A DNA stretch of 29,517 bases from a virus. Lineage: Duplodnaviria > Caudoviricetes. This document shows positions 16,627-25,215 of this stretch, piece by piece. The notes under the pieces were generated by a model. It was not told where the DNA came from. It did not search any database and saw nothing but the letters and a program-made list of their open reading frames with translations. The stretch lies in the IMG/VR virus record IMGVR_UViG_3300025875_000084, positions 1 to 29,517 of that record, one strand, 5' to 3'. The stretch's first letter is position 1. Every line of letters begins with the position of its first letter. The translations under genes were made by a program, and so were the position numbers.

Positions 16627-17804
16627 TCTCCTGGGGCACGCTGACCATTGGCGGCGTTTCGTTTCGCGAGGGTTGGGCGATTGAGGAGTCCGACGGCGGG
16701 AAGATCGCCGTCAGTGGGTCGCCGACGCCGACGGATAGTGCGGCTGTGGCGCGGGCGAAGCATCGCAGCGTGGTCAGCATGTCTGGGCAGTTGGTGCCGG
16801 TCGTGTTCGGCGACAAGGCCATGCTGTCTGGCTTCTACCGGGTGGATAGCTCGTCGTCGTCGTTGATGCAGCAGCCTGGTGTGGATGCGGCGACGGCGAC
16901 GTGGCAGCTCTCGCTCACCCGTCTCGGCACCGAGCGCGATGTCGAGTTCCAGTCGCAGGTCCCAACGATCGCCCGCCAGTCGGAGATCGCGGGCACGGCT
17001 TCGTTCTGGCACGCACCGCCGGGCAGCTTCGATGACTACTTCACTGGCGGCACGGTTCCGAGCTCAACGGTGACGCGCACTGGTTCCGAGGGCGCGATGA
17101 CGGTATTCCGCGGCATCCCAACCGACGTGACCCCGCGTTGGACGGTGGGCGCCGCTGACTATCTGCGTGGCGCATCCCGGATCACGTTCGACGGCATCCG
17201 GCATGTGGGCACGGATTCGCCGTCCGGTGCGTGGTCGGTGAGCAACAGCCTGCTGGACGTCCGCTCGACAGCCGGCGCTTCGGTCGAGGTGTCGGTAGTC
17301 GCTGCCGACGGTGCACTCAAGTCGACGAAGGGTTGGGCGCCGACGGTCAACGGCACGGCACCAACGGGCGCGCCGGAGTTCACGATTCTGCGCAACGACC
17401 CCGAAGAGGTGGTCGTGCGCCTGTCGTACGCATCGTCGCCGGGTCGGATGACTGTGGACCTGTCCCTGCGCCGTGGGGCTCGTTTCGTCACTGCGGTTAT
17501 GAAGCGTCATTCGGCGGCGACGTTGGGCATCGCGCGTACTGCTGCGGAGTCTGCGGGCGTGGTGACGGGCGGTCTGCGGGCGTCGTCGGCTGATGGTGAC
17601 GGCAACCGGTTCGTTGTGGGTTCGACGCGCACGGTGACCACGGCAACGGGTACGGCGTCGATCAGCAAGGCGGCTCAGGTGCGGCTGGATTTCTTCGTCG
17701 GCCACGAGGTGGGTTCTTCGCCTGCCTCGGGTGATGCGTTCGCCGACCTGTTCGCGGCCTATCTCGGCACGCAGTCGGACCGGACTAAAGCTCTGCGCCG
17801 CTAG
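16623..17804 (+). CDS. minor tail protein (distal tail/hub-like)
   Basis: 393 aa, beta-rich, GTGA overlap directly after tape measure. Confidence 0.75.
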   Translation: MISWGTLTIGGVSFREGWAIEESDGGKIAVSGSPTPTDSAAVARAKHRSVVSMSGQLVPVVFGDKAMLSGFYRVDSSSSSLMQQPGVDAATATWQLSLTRLGTERDVEFQSQVPTIARQSEIAGTASFWHAPPGSFDDYFTGGTVPSSTVTRTGSEGAMTVFRGIPTDVTPRWTVGAADYLRGASRITFDGIRHVGTDSPSGAWSVSNSLLDVRSTAGASVEVSVVAADGALKSTKGWAPTVNGTAPTGAPEFTILRNDPEEVVVRLSYASSPGRMTVDLSLRRGARFVTAVMKRHSAATLGIARTAAESAGVVTGGLRASSADGDGNRFVVGSTRTVTTATGTASISKAAQVRLDFFVGHEVGSSPASGDAFADLFAAYLGTQSDRTKALRR

Positions 17805-17968
17805 GTCAACCTGCTCAGGCGTTCGGTCGATAGGCGCAACTCCTCCGTCTCGCGGGCTAGCGCGGCCGTCTCGGAGGCGAGCGCATCCGTCGTGCGCGAG
17901 AGGTCTTCAGTGGCCTTCCGGCAGGCCGCGACTTCGGGCATCTCCATGAGTCTTTGTAGCCAATTCAT
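17801..17968 (-). CDS. small antisense coiled-coil protein (55 aa)
   Basis: MNWLQRLMEMPEVAACRKATEDLSRTTDALASETAALARETEELRLSTERLSRLT; fills the gap between tail genes; heptad pattern; alternative ATG at 17977. Confidence 0.6.
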   Translation of the reverse strand: MNWLQRLMEMPEVAACRKATEDLSRTTDALASETAALARETEELRLSTERLSRLT

Positions 17969-17996
17969 GCCGTCCATTGTGCGACCTTGACTGACA
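17969..17996 (-). promoter_or_regulatory. candidate leaderless promoter TGTCAG-N9-CACAAT-N7-ATG
   Basis: Read on the reverse complement; same spacing as other copies. Confidence 0.55.
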
Positions 17997-18011
17997 GAAC
18001 GGGGGCTCGTC

Positions 18012-21000
18012 ATCGCCGTAACCGAGACCCTCTCGGCATTGGGCCAGTGGTCGCTCGCCCTGTCCCCCGAGACCCCGGACGACGTTCGCGCCAAGCTCGG
18101 GTTCTTCGGCCACGTAGCCATCGTGCGCGGGGCCGTGGATGTGGACACGCTCGGTGACGCGATCCTTCCCCGCGCCCGCTATGTCGGTGTGCTGCGGCAG
18201 AAGGGTGTCGGCGACGACCTGACGCTGTCCGGTTCGGCGATGGTGTTCTGGCTGGGCGATGAGGACGGCAAGGGCCACGTCATCGAGACGCCGGTCGTGC
18301 TCACGTCGGCCACCATCGCCGCGTCGGCTGCTGCGATCCTGCCGCCGACCGTCACCGTCGGCACGATCTACCCGCTGGCGAACCCTGCCGCGCGCTACAC
18401 CGGCAAGCACGTCTACCAGTCTCCGCGCGAAGCCTTGCAGATCATCTGCGACGCGTTCGGGGTGGAGTTCCGGGTCAACGCCAACGCCACCGTCGACGTC
18501 GGCCGCCCGGATCAGCTCTACAACACGACGGCGCCCGACTCGATCATCGTGCGCAACGGGGCCGGGTCCGACGTTGACCTGACCGCCGTCAGTGGCAGCT
18601 ACGACACCGAGCAGGGTGTGTTCGACTACTCGAGCCGCGTGCTGCTGCTGGGCCAGTCCACCGGTGAGGGTGGCGAGGCGGGCGACGTGTTCGTCACCGG
18701 TGCTGCTGATGCCCCCGTGGTGCCGTACAAGGACATGCGCGGCAACCCGGTGAAGATGACCCGGATCATCTCCGAGTCCGGGCAGACCGAGGGTTCGGTG
18801 CAGGCCCGCGCACAGTTGCAGCTGAACCGGTTCAACCGGTCGACGCGGGCGCTGGCTGTGGACGCCGATCAGTACCAGGCGGACGGTGTGTTCGTCGTCG
18901 GCGATGGCACCTACGTGTATGACCCTGACGCCGGCGTGGTCGACACGGCGCGCGAGATCCCGTTTCGCGGGGAGCTGCTGCACCCCGACCTGATCCGCAT
19001 CTCCTCGGTCACGTGGCCGATCAGCGAGGGCCACACGGTCGCCTTCCGCACCGACAGCGGTGTGTGGCTGGACCTGACGCGCTGGGTGCAGTGGGAGGCG
19101 GGCTCCTCCGGTGGCGGGCTGGGCACGTCGGGCCTGTCGGAGATCATCGTCGGTGACCTGCCCCGCTCGCTCACGTCGCCGTCGGGCAACGCGGTGCAGG
19201 ACCGGGTCGACGCGGCCCAGCCGACCACGGGCGACGCGTCCATCCCGAAGGCGCCCACCGGTCTGACGCGCACCACGACGACGGCGTTTGGTACGTGGGG
19301 CGAGCAGATCGCCTACATCAAGCCGTCGTGGCAGGCGGTCACGCAGAACACGGACAACACGGCGATCACCGACCTGTCGCACTACGAGGTTCGGCACCGG
19401 GCACAGTTCCGCGCACCGGGCTGGTCGGGCACGGAGCTCACGTCGGATCTGACGTTGGACGTCGTTGCCGCGCCTGGGCTGATGTACGACCTCGAGGTGC
19501 GGGCCGTCGACAAGGCGGGCAACGGGTCGGACTGGGTGGCGTTCGAGCCGATCATGGCGGCCACGGATTCCGGTGCTCCCCCTGCGCCTGCTGACCCGGT
19601 GGTGACCAGCAACCTCGGCCAGCTGAAGATCCTCTACATCGGCACGGACAACCTGGGCAATCCAATGCCGGCGGACACGTTGAGTGTCGGCGTTTACGTG
19701 GCCCCTGTCGAAGACTTTGAGATTGACGACGTCGATGTCGAGCACGTCACCGACCTCAACCCGTTTATCGAGGGCTATGCGTTCGGCAAGACCCCGTACT
19801 GGACGACGGTATGGGTTCGCCTCTTTGCGATCGACGCGGCCGGAAATCTGTCGGCGTCGTCTGCTGCGATGCCTAGCTACACGTTCCCGGTGCTCTCGGA
19901 TGACATCTTCGCGGGCGCTGTGGGGTCGGAGAAGCTCGCCGATCTGGCCGTCATCACGGCGAAGATCAACGACCTGGCCGTCAATAACGCGAAGATCGGG
20001 AACGTCGCCGTCGGTAAGCTGACCGCGGGGATCATGTCCGCGGACGTGACCATCTCGGGCCGGTTCACGACGGCGCTGACGGGTGCGCGCGTCGAGCTGA
20101 ATGCGCTGGGTTTCCAGAAGTACGACGCGGGCGGCCAGTTGATGGTCAGCATCACCGGCTCGGATGCACTGCTGACGGGCCGGTATCGCAGCGCCGTCTC
20201 CGGCCGCCGCATCGAAATGGGTTCCGGTGGCGGCGTCGGGGAGATCGACTTCTACGCCCCGGACAATGCGGTCAGCTTCCTGCGCTCCTACACCGACGGC
20301 ACGATGGGCCGCGAAGGTCTTCAGCTCGGCACGCAAGTTTCCGGTGCGTCCGGCACATGGAACTCCATCTTCTACAACCAGCAGGAATGGGCTTCTTACC
20401 AGACGAAGATCCACGACTTCGTCTTCCAAGACTCTTGGTCGGTTATTCAGACCGCCAATCAGGGTGTATCGCTGGGCACTTTTCGGATGCAGATCAACCC
20501 GACGGGTTGGGCGCTTCGAGCCGGTATCTCAACCGATCCCAGTCGCTACGTGTCATACGACTTCCTGAACGGTCACTTCTCCTGGAACTTCGGGGCCGCC
20601 CGCGCCGAGGTGACCGCGCCTCTTGTGTCGACGGCATCCCCCGCGCTGGTCCTTGGTGCGGCCGACGGGTATGGCGCGATCCTGCGTGCATCAACGTCGG
20701 GCGGCGTGTTCTTCGACGTGCGCACCATCTTCGACAACGGCTTCCTGGGTCTGCGGGCCGGCGCCTACGTGGAGAACTCGGATGCGCGCGGCAAGACGGC
20801 GATCAAGGATGCGCCGATCTCGGATGCGTTGACGAAGCTGGCGGGGATCAAGGCGAAGAAGTTCCGCCGCAAGGATGCGAAGAGTCGCAGCGTCGTCAAT
20901 GAGGCCGGGGAAACGGTCGTCATTCACGAGGACGGCGACGAGGAGCTCGGCGCGATCGCCCAAGAGCTTCCCGCCGAGGTCGTGCACAGCTCCGCCGAGG

Positions 21001-21089
21001 GCGAGTTGGGCGCGAATCACATGGGCCTGATCCTGCTCGCCATCGCCGGTATTCAGGAACTCGATGCGCGCACAAAGGGGAAAAAGTGA
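18012..21089 (+). CDS. tail tip/central fibre protein with FN3-like domains and C-terminal intramolecular chaperone (peptidase S74)
   Basis: P.APTGL...W...Y.V...YDLEVRAVDKAGNGS (FN3); ITAKI..LAV..AKI repeats; SDARGK..I...LG.IAQE...L..AIQEL (S74). Start ATC 18012 inferred; first near-canonical start is TTG 18039. Confidence 0.85.
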   Translation: MAVTETLSALGQWSLALSPETPDDVRAKLGFFGHVAIVRGAVDVDTLGDAILPRARYVGVLRQKGVGDDLTLSGSAMVFWLGDEDGKGHVIETPVVLTSATIAASAAAILPPTVTVGTIYPLANPAARYTGKHVYQSPREALQIICDAFGVEFRVNANATVDVGRPDQLYNTTAPDSIIVRNGAGSDVDLTAVSGSYDTEQGVFDYSSRVLLLGQSTGEGGEAGDVFVTGAADAPVVPYKDMRGNPVKMTRIISESGQTEGSVQARAQLQLNRFNRSTRALAVDADQYQADGVFVVGDGTYVYDPDAGVVDTAREIPFRGELLHPDLIRISSVTWPISEGHTVAFRTDSGVWLDLTRWVQWEAGSSGGGLGTSGLSEIIVGDLPRSLTSPSGNAVQDRVDAAQPTTGDASIPKAPTGLTRTTTTAFGTWGEQIAYIKPSWQAVTQNTDNTAITDLSHYEVRHRAQFRAPGWSGTELTSDLTLDVVAAPGLMYDLEVRAVDKAGNGSDWVAFEPIMAATDSGAPPAPADPVVTSNLGQLKILYIGTDNLGNPMPADTLSVGVYVAPVEDFEIDDVDVEHVTDLNPFIEGYAFGKTPYWTTVWVRLFAIDAAGNLSASSAAMPSYTFPVLSDDIFAGAVGSEKLADLAVITAKINDLAVNNAKIGNVAVGKLTAGIMSADVTISGRFTTALTGARVELNALGFQKYDAGGQLMVSITGSDALLTGRYRSAVSGRRIEMGSGGGVGEIDFYAPDNAVSFLRSYTDGTMGREGLQLGTQVSGASGTWNSIFYNQQEWASYQTKIHDFVFQDSWSVIQTANQGVSLGTFRMQINPTGWALRAGISTDPSRYVSYDFLNGHFSWNFGAARAEVTAPLVSTASPALVLGAADGYGAILRASTSGGVFFDVRTIFDNGFLGLRAGAYVENSDARGKTAIKDAPISDALTKLAGIKAKKFRRKDAKSRSVVNEAGETVVIHEDGDEELGAIAQELPAEVVHSSAEGELGANHMGLILLAIAGIQELDARTKGKK

Positions 21090-21478
21090 GCCTGCCTGTC
21101 AGCAGCATCAAGGTCGGTCCGTGGACGTATGCGGTCGTCACCGACCCAAAGGCGATCGCTGCTGCGGCCGAGGGGAATGTTCCCGAGTCCGGCACATGGG
21201 GTGCGTTCAGCGACCACGAGAACCTGATCATCGGCGTCAACGAGGCCAACGCCGACGACGTTCTGCGCATGAGTGTTCTGCACGAGGTTATGCACTGTTG
21301 CCTGCGGATTAGCGGGGCATGGCCGTCGCAGTACGCACGACTGCTGGCGACGGCCGAATGGGACGACTGTGGCGTGGACGTCGAAGAGTTCATGATCGCG
21401 GGTTCCGCCGGTGGCCTTTTATCTGCCTTGCGGGAGAACCCGGATCTGGTCGCGTGGCTGACGGAGGCCGAGAAGTGA
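21086..21478 (+). CDS. HEXXH zinc-metallopeptidase-like protein
   Basis: VLHEVMH motif followed by EE; GTGA overlap. Confidence 0.7.
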   Translation: MSLPVSSIKVGPWTYAVVTDPKAIAAAAEGNVPESGTWGAFSDHENLIIGVNEANADDVLRMSVLHEVMHCCLRISGAWPSQYARLLATAEWDDCGVDVEEFMIAGSAGGLLSALRENPDLVAWLTEAEK

Positions 21479-21702
21479 GCCTGCAACCGGACGGCTCGTA
21501 TGCCTGCGATCGCTGCGGGCTCGATGTCGGCAACGGCGGCGTGGATGTGGCCGCGATGATCGCCGACCTGCACCCCGACAACCCTGGCATTCCCCGTTCA
21601 CTGCACCTGTGCCGGGCCGAGCGTGACGGTGCCCCTCGTGGCTGCGTCGGCAACGTGCTCGGCCCGGGAACGCTCACCCACTGGACTGAGAGGCAGGACT
21701 GA
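21475..21702 (+). CDS. small Cys-containing protein (75 aa)
   Basis: GTG 21475 overlaps previous stop; CDRC...LHLC...C motif. Confidence 0.65.
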   Translation: MSLQPDGSYACDRCGLDVGNGGVDVAAMIADLHPDNPGIPRSLHLCRAERDGAPRGCVGNVLGPGTLTHWTERQD

Positions 21703-22001
21703 TGGCCGACTTGCAGATTGATGTGCTCGGTGCGGCCCGAGAAGGAGCGCAGGAGCTGGGTAACCAGCTCGTCGACCTGACCCTGGAGCTTGCGGGTCAG
21801 CGCGCGGTCAGAGAGGCGCAGCAGAAGCACATAAAGGAACTGGAGAAGCAGTCCGCCGAGTCGGCGGAACTTACCCACAAGCTCGCCGACATGTCCCGCC
21901 AGGTCGACGCGCTCCGCCGCCAGGTTGCCGAGAGGGACGCCGAGCTGGCCGAGCTGCGTCGCGGCGACGACGGGACCTCTCCGGCGCTCGTTCCCGCCTG
22001 A
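21702..22001 (+). CDS. coiled-coil protein
   Basis: 99 aa; TGATG overlap; heptad repeats. Confidence 0.7.
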   Translation: MADLQIDVLGAAREGAQELGNQLVDLTLELAGQRAVREAQQKHIKELEKQSAESAELTHKLADMSRQVDALRRQVAERDAELAELRRGDDGTSPALVPA

Positions 22002-22002
22002 C

Positions 22003-23031
22003 GTGACGGCACCGCTCTCCATCCGCCGCGGAGTCCCAGCGCGACGCGCGAACATCGACGAGGCGTTCGACGTGCGCGTCCTCGTCAGGCTGCGTCGGCT
22101 GTGGATGGGTGGCGACTCGGCCCGCAGCGTGCCGCTGGGTGATGGCCGAATCTTGTGGCTGTTCGCTGACACGTGGTGGCCGTGGCCTGGCAGCAATGAG
22201 CGCAACGGGGCGATCATCACCTCGGACAGCATCGCCATCCAGACCGGCTACGACCTGACCACCGCCACGATCACGTTCCACCGTGCGACCACCCCGAGCA
22301 GCAAGTGGTTCTACATCTCGGCGACGCACTTCGCGTGGCCGATGGATGCCGTGGTCATCGGCAACGACCTGTACGTCACCTCTGTTCGGGTACTCCAGTC
22401 GAATCCGCTGGGTGGCGAGTACGGGTGGGCGATTCACAAGGTCGCTAACGCGCTGACTTTGCCGGTCGCTAGCTGGGTGTCGACGCTGCTGTACCAGTCG
22501 GGCGACACCGGTACGCGACCAGTGTTCTCGCCCTACATCGGAAACGACGGCTACGTGTACGGGTTCGCCATCAAACGGTTCTCCGGCTGGCTGTGGTGCC
22601 GGTGGACGCTCGCCAACTTCACCGGCACCGGCACTCAGGGCAACGTGGAGTACGCCACCGGGTTCACCTGGTCCACAGTGGAATCACAGGCACTGGTGAT
22701 CGCAGCCAACCCTGACACCGCCGAGGGTTCCGTGCACCGCCGCTCCGATGGCCGCTGGGTGATCACCGACAGCACCGGCGTGTTCCCGCTGCTGTCCGGA
22801 CAGGTGCGGCTGTCAGCGACAACGGTGCCGACCGACTTCTCCGTGATCGCCACCTACGACAACCCGCGCCACGCCAACCCTGAGCTCCTGCCGCCCGACT
22901 ACTGGACGTACGCGTACAAGGCGCACCCGTGGATGCCCGGTGGCGGCTTGGTCGTGTCCTACGTGGACAACGCGGCTGGTGCACCGGATTTGTCGATCTA
23001 CTGGCCCAAGTTCCAGCGGCTGTCGGTCTAG
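22003..23031 (+). CDS. DUF5005/DUF4185-like beta-propeller putative glycoside hydrolase
   Basis: W.GGDS..SVPL.DGRILWLFADT N-terminal motif; C-terminal Y..KAHP...LVVSY..N...YWPKF. Confidence 0.7.
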   Translation: MTAPLSIRRGVPARRANIDEAFDVRVLVRLRRLWMGGDSARSVPLGDGRILWLFADTWWPWPGSNERNGAIITSDSIAIQTGYDLTTATITFHRATTPSSKWFYISATHFAWPMDAVVIGNDLYVTSVRVLQSNPLGGEYGWAIHKVANALTLPVASWVSTLLYQSGDTGTRPVFSPYIGNDGYVYGFAIKRFSGWLWCRWTLANFTGTGTQGNVEYATGFTWSTVESQALVIAANPDTAEGSVHRRSDGRWVITDSTGVFPLLSGQVRLSATTVPTDFSVIATYDNPRHANPELLPPDYWTYAYKAHPWMPGGGLVVSYVDNAAGAPDLSIYWPKFQRLSV

Positions 23032-23348
23032 GGCTTCCACTCGTCGCGGTAGTCCGGATGGTCGACGTGCGGCAGGGCGAGAGCGCGCAGGGTGGGGCAC
23101 GGAGCCGCATCGTCGTCCACCCGGCAGTAGCCGCCACTGTCGAGGTCGCTGTGCAGTTCTACGATCCGCCGCTTGGCGGCGCACTCGGCTAGCACGAACG
23201 CTGGGTCGATCGACAGGTACGGGCCTTCCTTTTCGATCGTGTACGGATGCCAGGGCGACGACTCGTCCTCGTCCCAAGCCTGCTGGTACTGGCGGACGAC
23301 CTCTTCAGCGATCGCAATCCGCGCCAGCAGGAACTCGCTCAACTCCAT
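23028..23348 (-). CDS. DUF6221-like protein (antisense)
   Basis: L.EFLLARI..E...DPA.VLAECAAKRRIVE.H...PC.TLRALALP..DHPDYR.EW.P motif. Confidence 0.8.
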   Translation of the reverse strand: MELSEFLLARIAIAEEVVRQYQQAWDEDESSPWHPYTIEKEGPYLSIDPAFVLAECAAKRRIVELHSDLDSGGYCRVDDDAAPCPTLRALALPHVDHPDYRDEWKP

Positions 23349-23376
23349 GCGGGCCAGTCTGCCGCGTCCTGTGACA
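23349..23376 (-). promoter_or_regulatory. candidate leaderless promoter TGTCAC-N9-CAGACT-N7-ATG
   Basis: Read on the reverse complement; same spacing as other copies. Confidence 0.55.
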
Positions 23377-23408
23377 GGCCCGCCGCTCACATCTGCCCGG
23401 AGGTGCAC

Positions 23409-23504
23409 ATGGCCGATTCCGAACCCGTCATCGACTGCGACGACGAACCGAAGCTGACCGCCGAGGAATGGGCGCAGATCGAAGCAGAGGAGGCGGGCGA
23501 CTGA
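23409..23504 (+). CDS. small acidic peptide (31 aa) coupled to endolysin
   Basis: GGAGGTG RBS; MADSEPVIDCDDEPKLTAEEWAQIEAEEAGD; TGATG overlap with lysin. Confidence 0.6.
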   Translation: MADSEPVIDCDDEPKLTAEEWAQIEAEEAGD

Positions 23505-24406
23505 TGGCGCGGATGCCGAACGCCGAATGGAAGCCGCTCCCCAACGCGAGCTCCACCCGCATGACCCGCTACGACATGGTCATTCTGCACACCACGGTCG
23601 GCTCGTTCGAAGGCACCGACGGCTACTTTCGTCGGCTGACCAACGGCGTCAACAGCCACTTCCTCACCGGCGGCTACGGCGAAATCCGGCAGCTCGTCGA
23701 CACCGCCGTCCGCTCCGGCGCCTCCGGGGCAGGCAACCACCGCTCCATCAGCGTCGAGAACGCCGACATGGGCCCCGGCTTCCCGAGCTGGAACACCAAC
23801 AACGGCGCCGACGTGCCCGCCTTCACTCCGCAGCAGATCGAAGCTAACGCCAACATCTGCGCCTGGGCCAACCTCCAGCACGGCATCCCCCTCGTCGCCG
23901 CCGACACATCCCGCCCCTCCGCCCGAGGCATCGGCTACCACCGCCTCGGCTGCAACCCGTGGCGCGTGGCTGACGGCGAACTGTGGTCCTCATCCACCGG
24001 CAAGGTCTGCCCCGGCAACCGCCGCATCGCGCAGATCCCCCAGATCATCGCCCGCGCACGCCAGATCGTCGCCGAACTCAACGGCGCACCCCCCGCACCA
24101 GCGATCCAGGAGGACGACATGGGACACGTCGACAGCATCAGCGTGGACGCACTGAAGGCCATCAAGGAGTTCGTCTGGCGCGACCCGCTGCCCGAGAACC
24201 AGGGCGCCGCCATCCTGCGCCTGATCGCCCTCAGCGACGGCATGTCCGCGCTCATTTCCCGCCCCGGTGTCGACGTCGACGAAGCGCAGATCGCCCGCGA
24301 ACTCGCCCCCCTGCTGAAGCTCCAGATCGCCAGCCTCACCCAGGCCGACCTCGAGGGGATCGCTCAGGTGGTCAATGACGAGTTCGCCCGTCGCCAGGCT
24401 TCCTGA
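23504..24406 (+). CDS. endolysin, N-acetylmuramoyl-L-alanine amidase (Amidase_2)
   Basis: VILHTT, SHF, SISVE, GYHR, K.CPG Zn-amidase motifs; GAGGAGG RBS. Confidence 0.9.
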   Translation: MARMPNAEWKPLPNASSTRMTRYDMVILHTTVGSFEGTDGYFRRLTNGVNSHFLTGGYGEIRQLVDTAVRSGASGAGNHRSISVENADMGPGFPSWNTNNGADVPAFTPQQIEANANICAWANLQHGIPLVAADTSRPSARGIGYHRLGCNPWRVADGELWSSSTGKVCPGNRRIAQIPQIIARARQIVAELNGAPPAPAIQEDDMGHVDSISVDALKAIKEFVWRDPLPENQGAAILRLIALSDGMSALISRPGVDVDEAQIARELAPLLKLQIASLTQADLEGIAQVVNDEFARRQAS

Positions 24407-24411
24407 CCCCG

Positions 24412-24858
24412 GTGCTGACCGTCATGCCGCGCGACGAAGACCGGCAACTTCTAGCCACCGTCGAAACCGTGCGCTCCTACTGGCCCGGCTGGGACCGCTT
24501 CCTCGTCGGCTGGTGCGCCCTGTTCCACATCGCGCTAGCCGCACCCCTAGCGTTCGCGCCCGCCCGGCAGATCATCAACGCCGGCACCGAACCGGTGTTC
24601 GAGATCGCATCCCGACAGGTGTGGTCGACGATCTTCCTCGCAGCCGGGCTACTCACCATCGCCGCCCTGCACTGGCAAACCGCGCCGGTCCAGTTCATCA
24701 CCTGGCTGACAGTGTTCGGCGTCGGCGGCGCATGGCTGACCGCTTTCACGCTGGCAGTCCTCGACGACAGAGGCTCCGCGATCGGGGTCACAGTGTGGCC
24801 CTTCCTCTACGGGCCGTGGGCTGTGGCCGGTATCCGTATGGCTCTCGGGAAGCGGTGA
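24412..24858 (+). CDS. multi-pass membrane protein (about 4 TM), lysis cassette
   Basis: Four hydrophobic segments; directly after endolysin; start may be 24424. Confidence 0.7.
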   Translation: MLTVMPRDEDRQLLATVETVRSYWPGWDRFLVGWCALFHIALAAPLAFAPARQIINAGTEPVFEIASRQVWSTIFLAAGLLTIAALHWQTAPVQFITWLTVFGVGGAWLTAFTLAVLDDRGSAIGVTVWPFLYGPWAVAGIRMALGKR

Positions 24859-24861
24859 CCT

Positions 24862-25215
24862 TTGTGGCTGCACGGGGGATGGGTGTCGGCAGCGGAGGCA
24901 CCTACGCAGTCCGGGGTATCGGATCAACTGATCATCGTGATCGGCGGTGTCGTCACGGCGGCGATCGTGGCGCTGGGTGGCGTGATGGTGGCCATCGTCA
25001 ACCGGGGCGGCGGTAAGACCACGGCTTCCCCGCCCGCGCCGACACCGGCCGGCGGCGACCACGAACTGTATGAGCGCACCGCCGTACTAGCGCGTCGGGC
25101 CGACGACTCCGACGAACGCTTCGACGTCATCGACAAAGCCCGAGCGTCCGACCGCGACGACCTCGATGACGTTCTCGACTATCTCGACGACAAACACCCG
25201 GGGTGGCGGCGCTGA
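24862..25215 (+). CDS. single-TM membrane protein, lysis cassette
   Basis: LIIVIGGVVTAAIVALGGVMVAIV helix; start uncertain (possibly GTG 24883). Confidence 0.65.
   Translation: MWLHGGWVSAAEAPTQSGVSDQLIIVIGGVVTAAIVALGGVMVAIVNRGGGKTTASPPAPTPAGGDHELYERTAVLARRADDSDERFDVIDKARASDRDDLDDVLDYLDDKHPGWRR

Noticed and set aside
17907-20429. 840 aa minus-strand ORF
   Set aside because: Antisense shadow of the tail fibre gene; long open reverse frames are expected at high GC3 and it has no recognisable motifs
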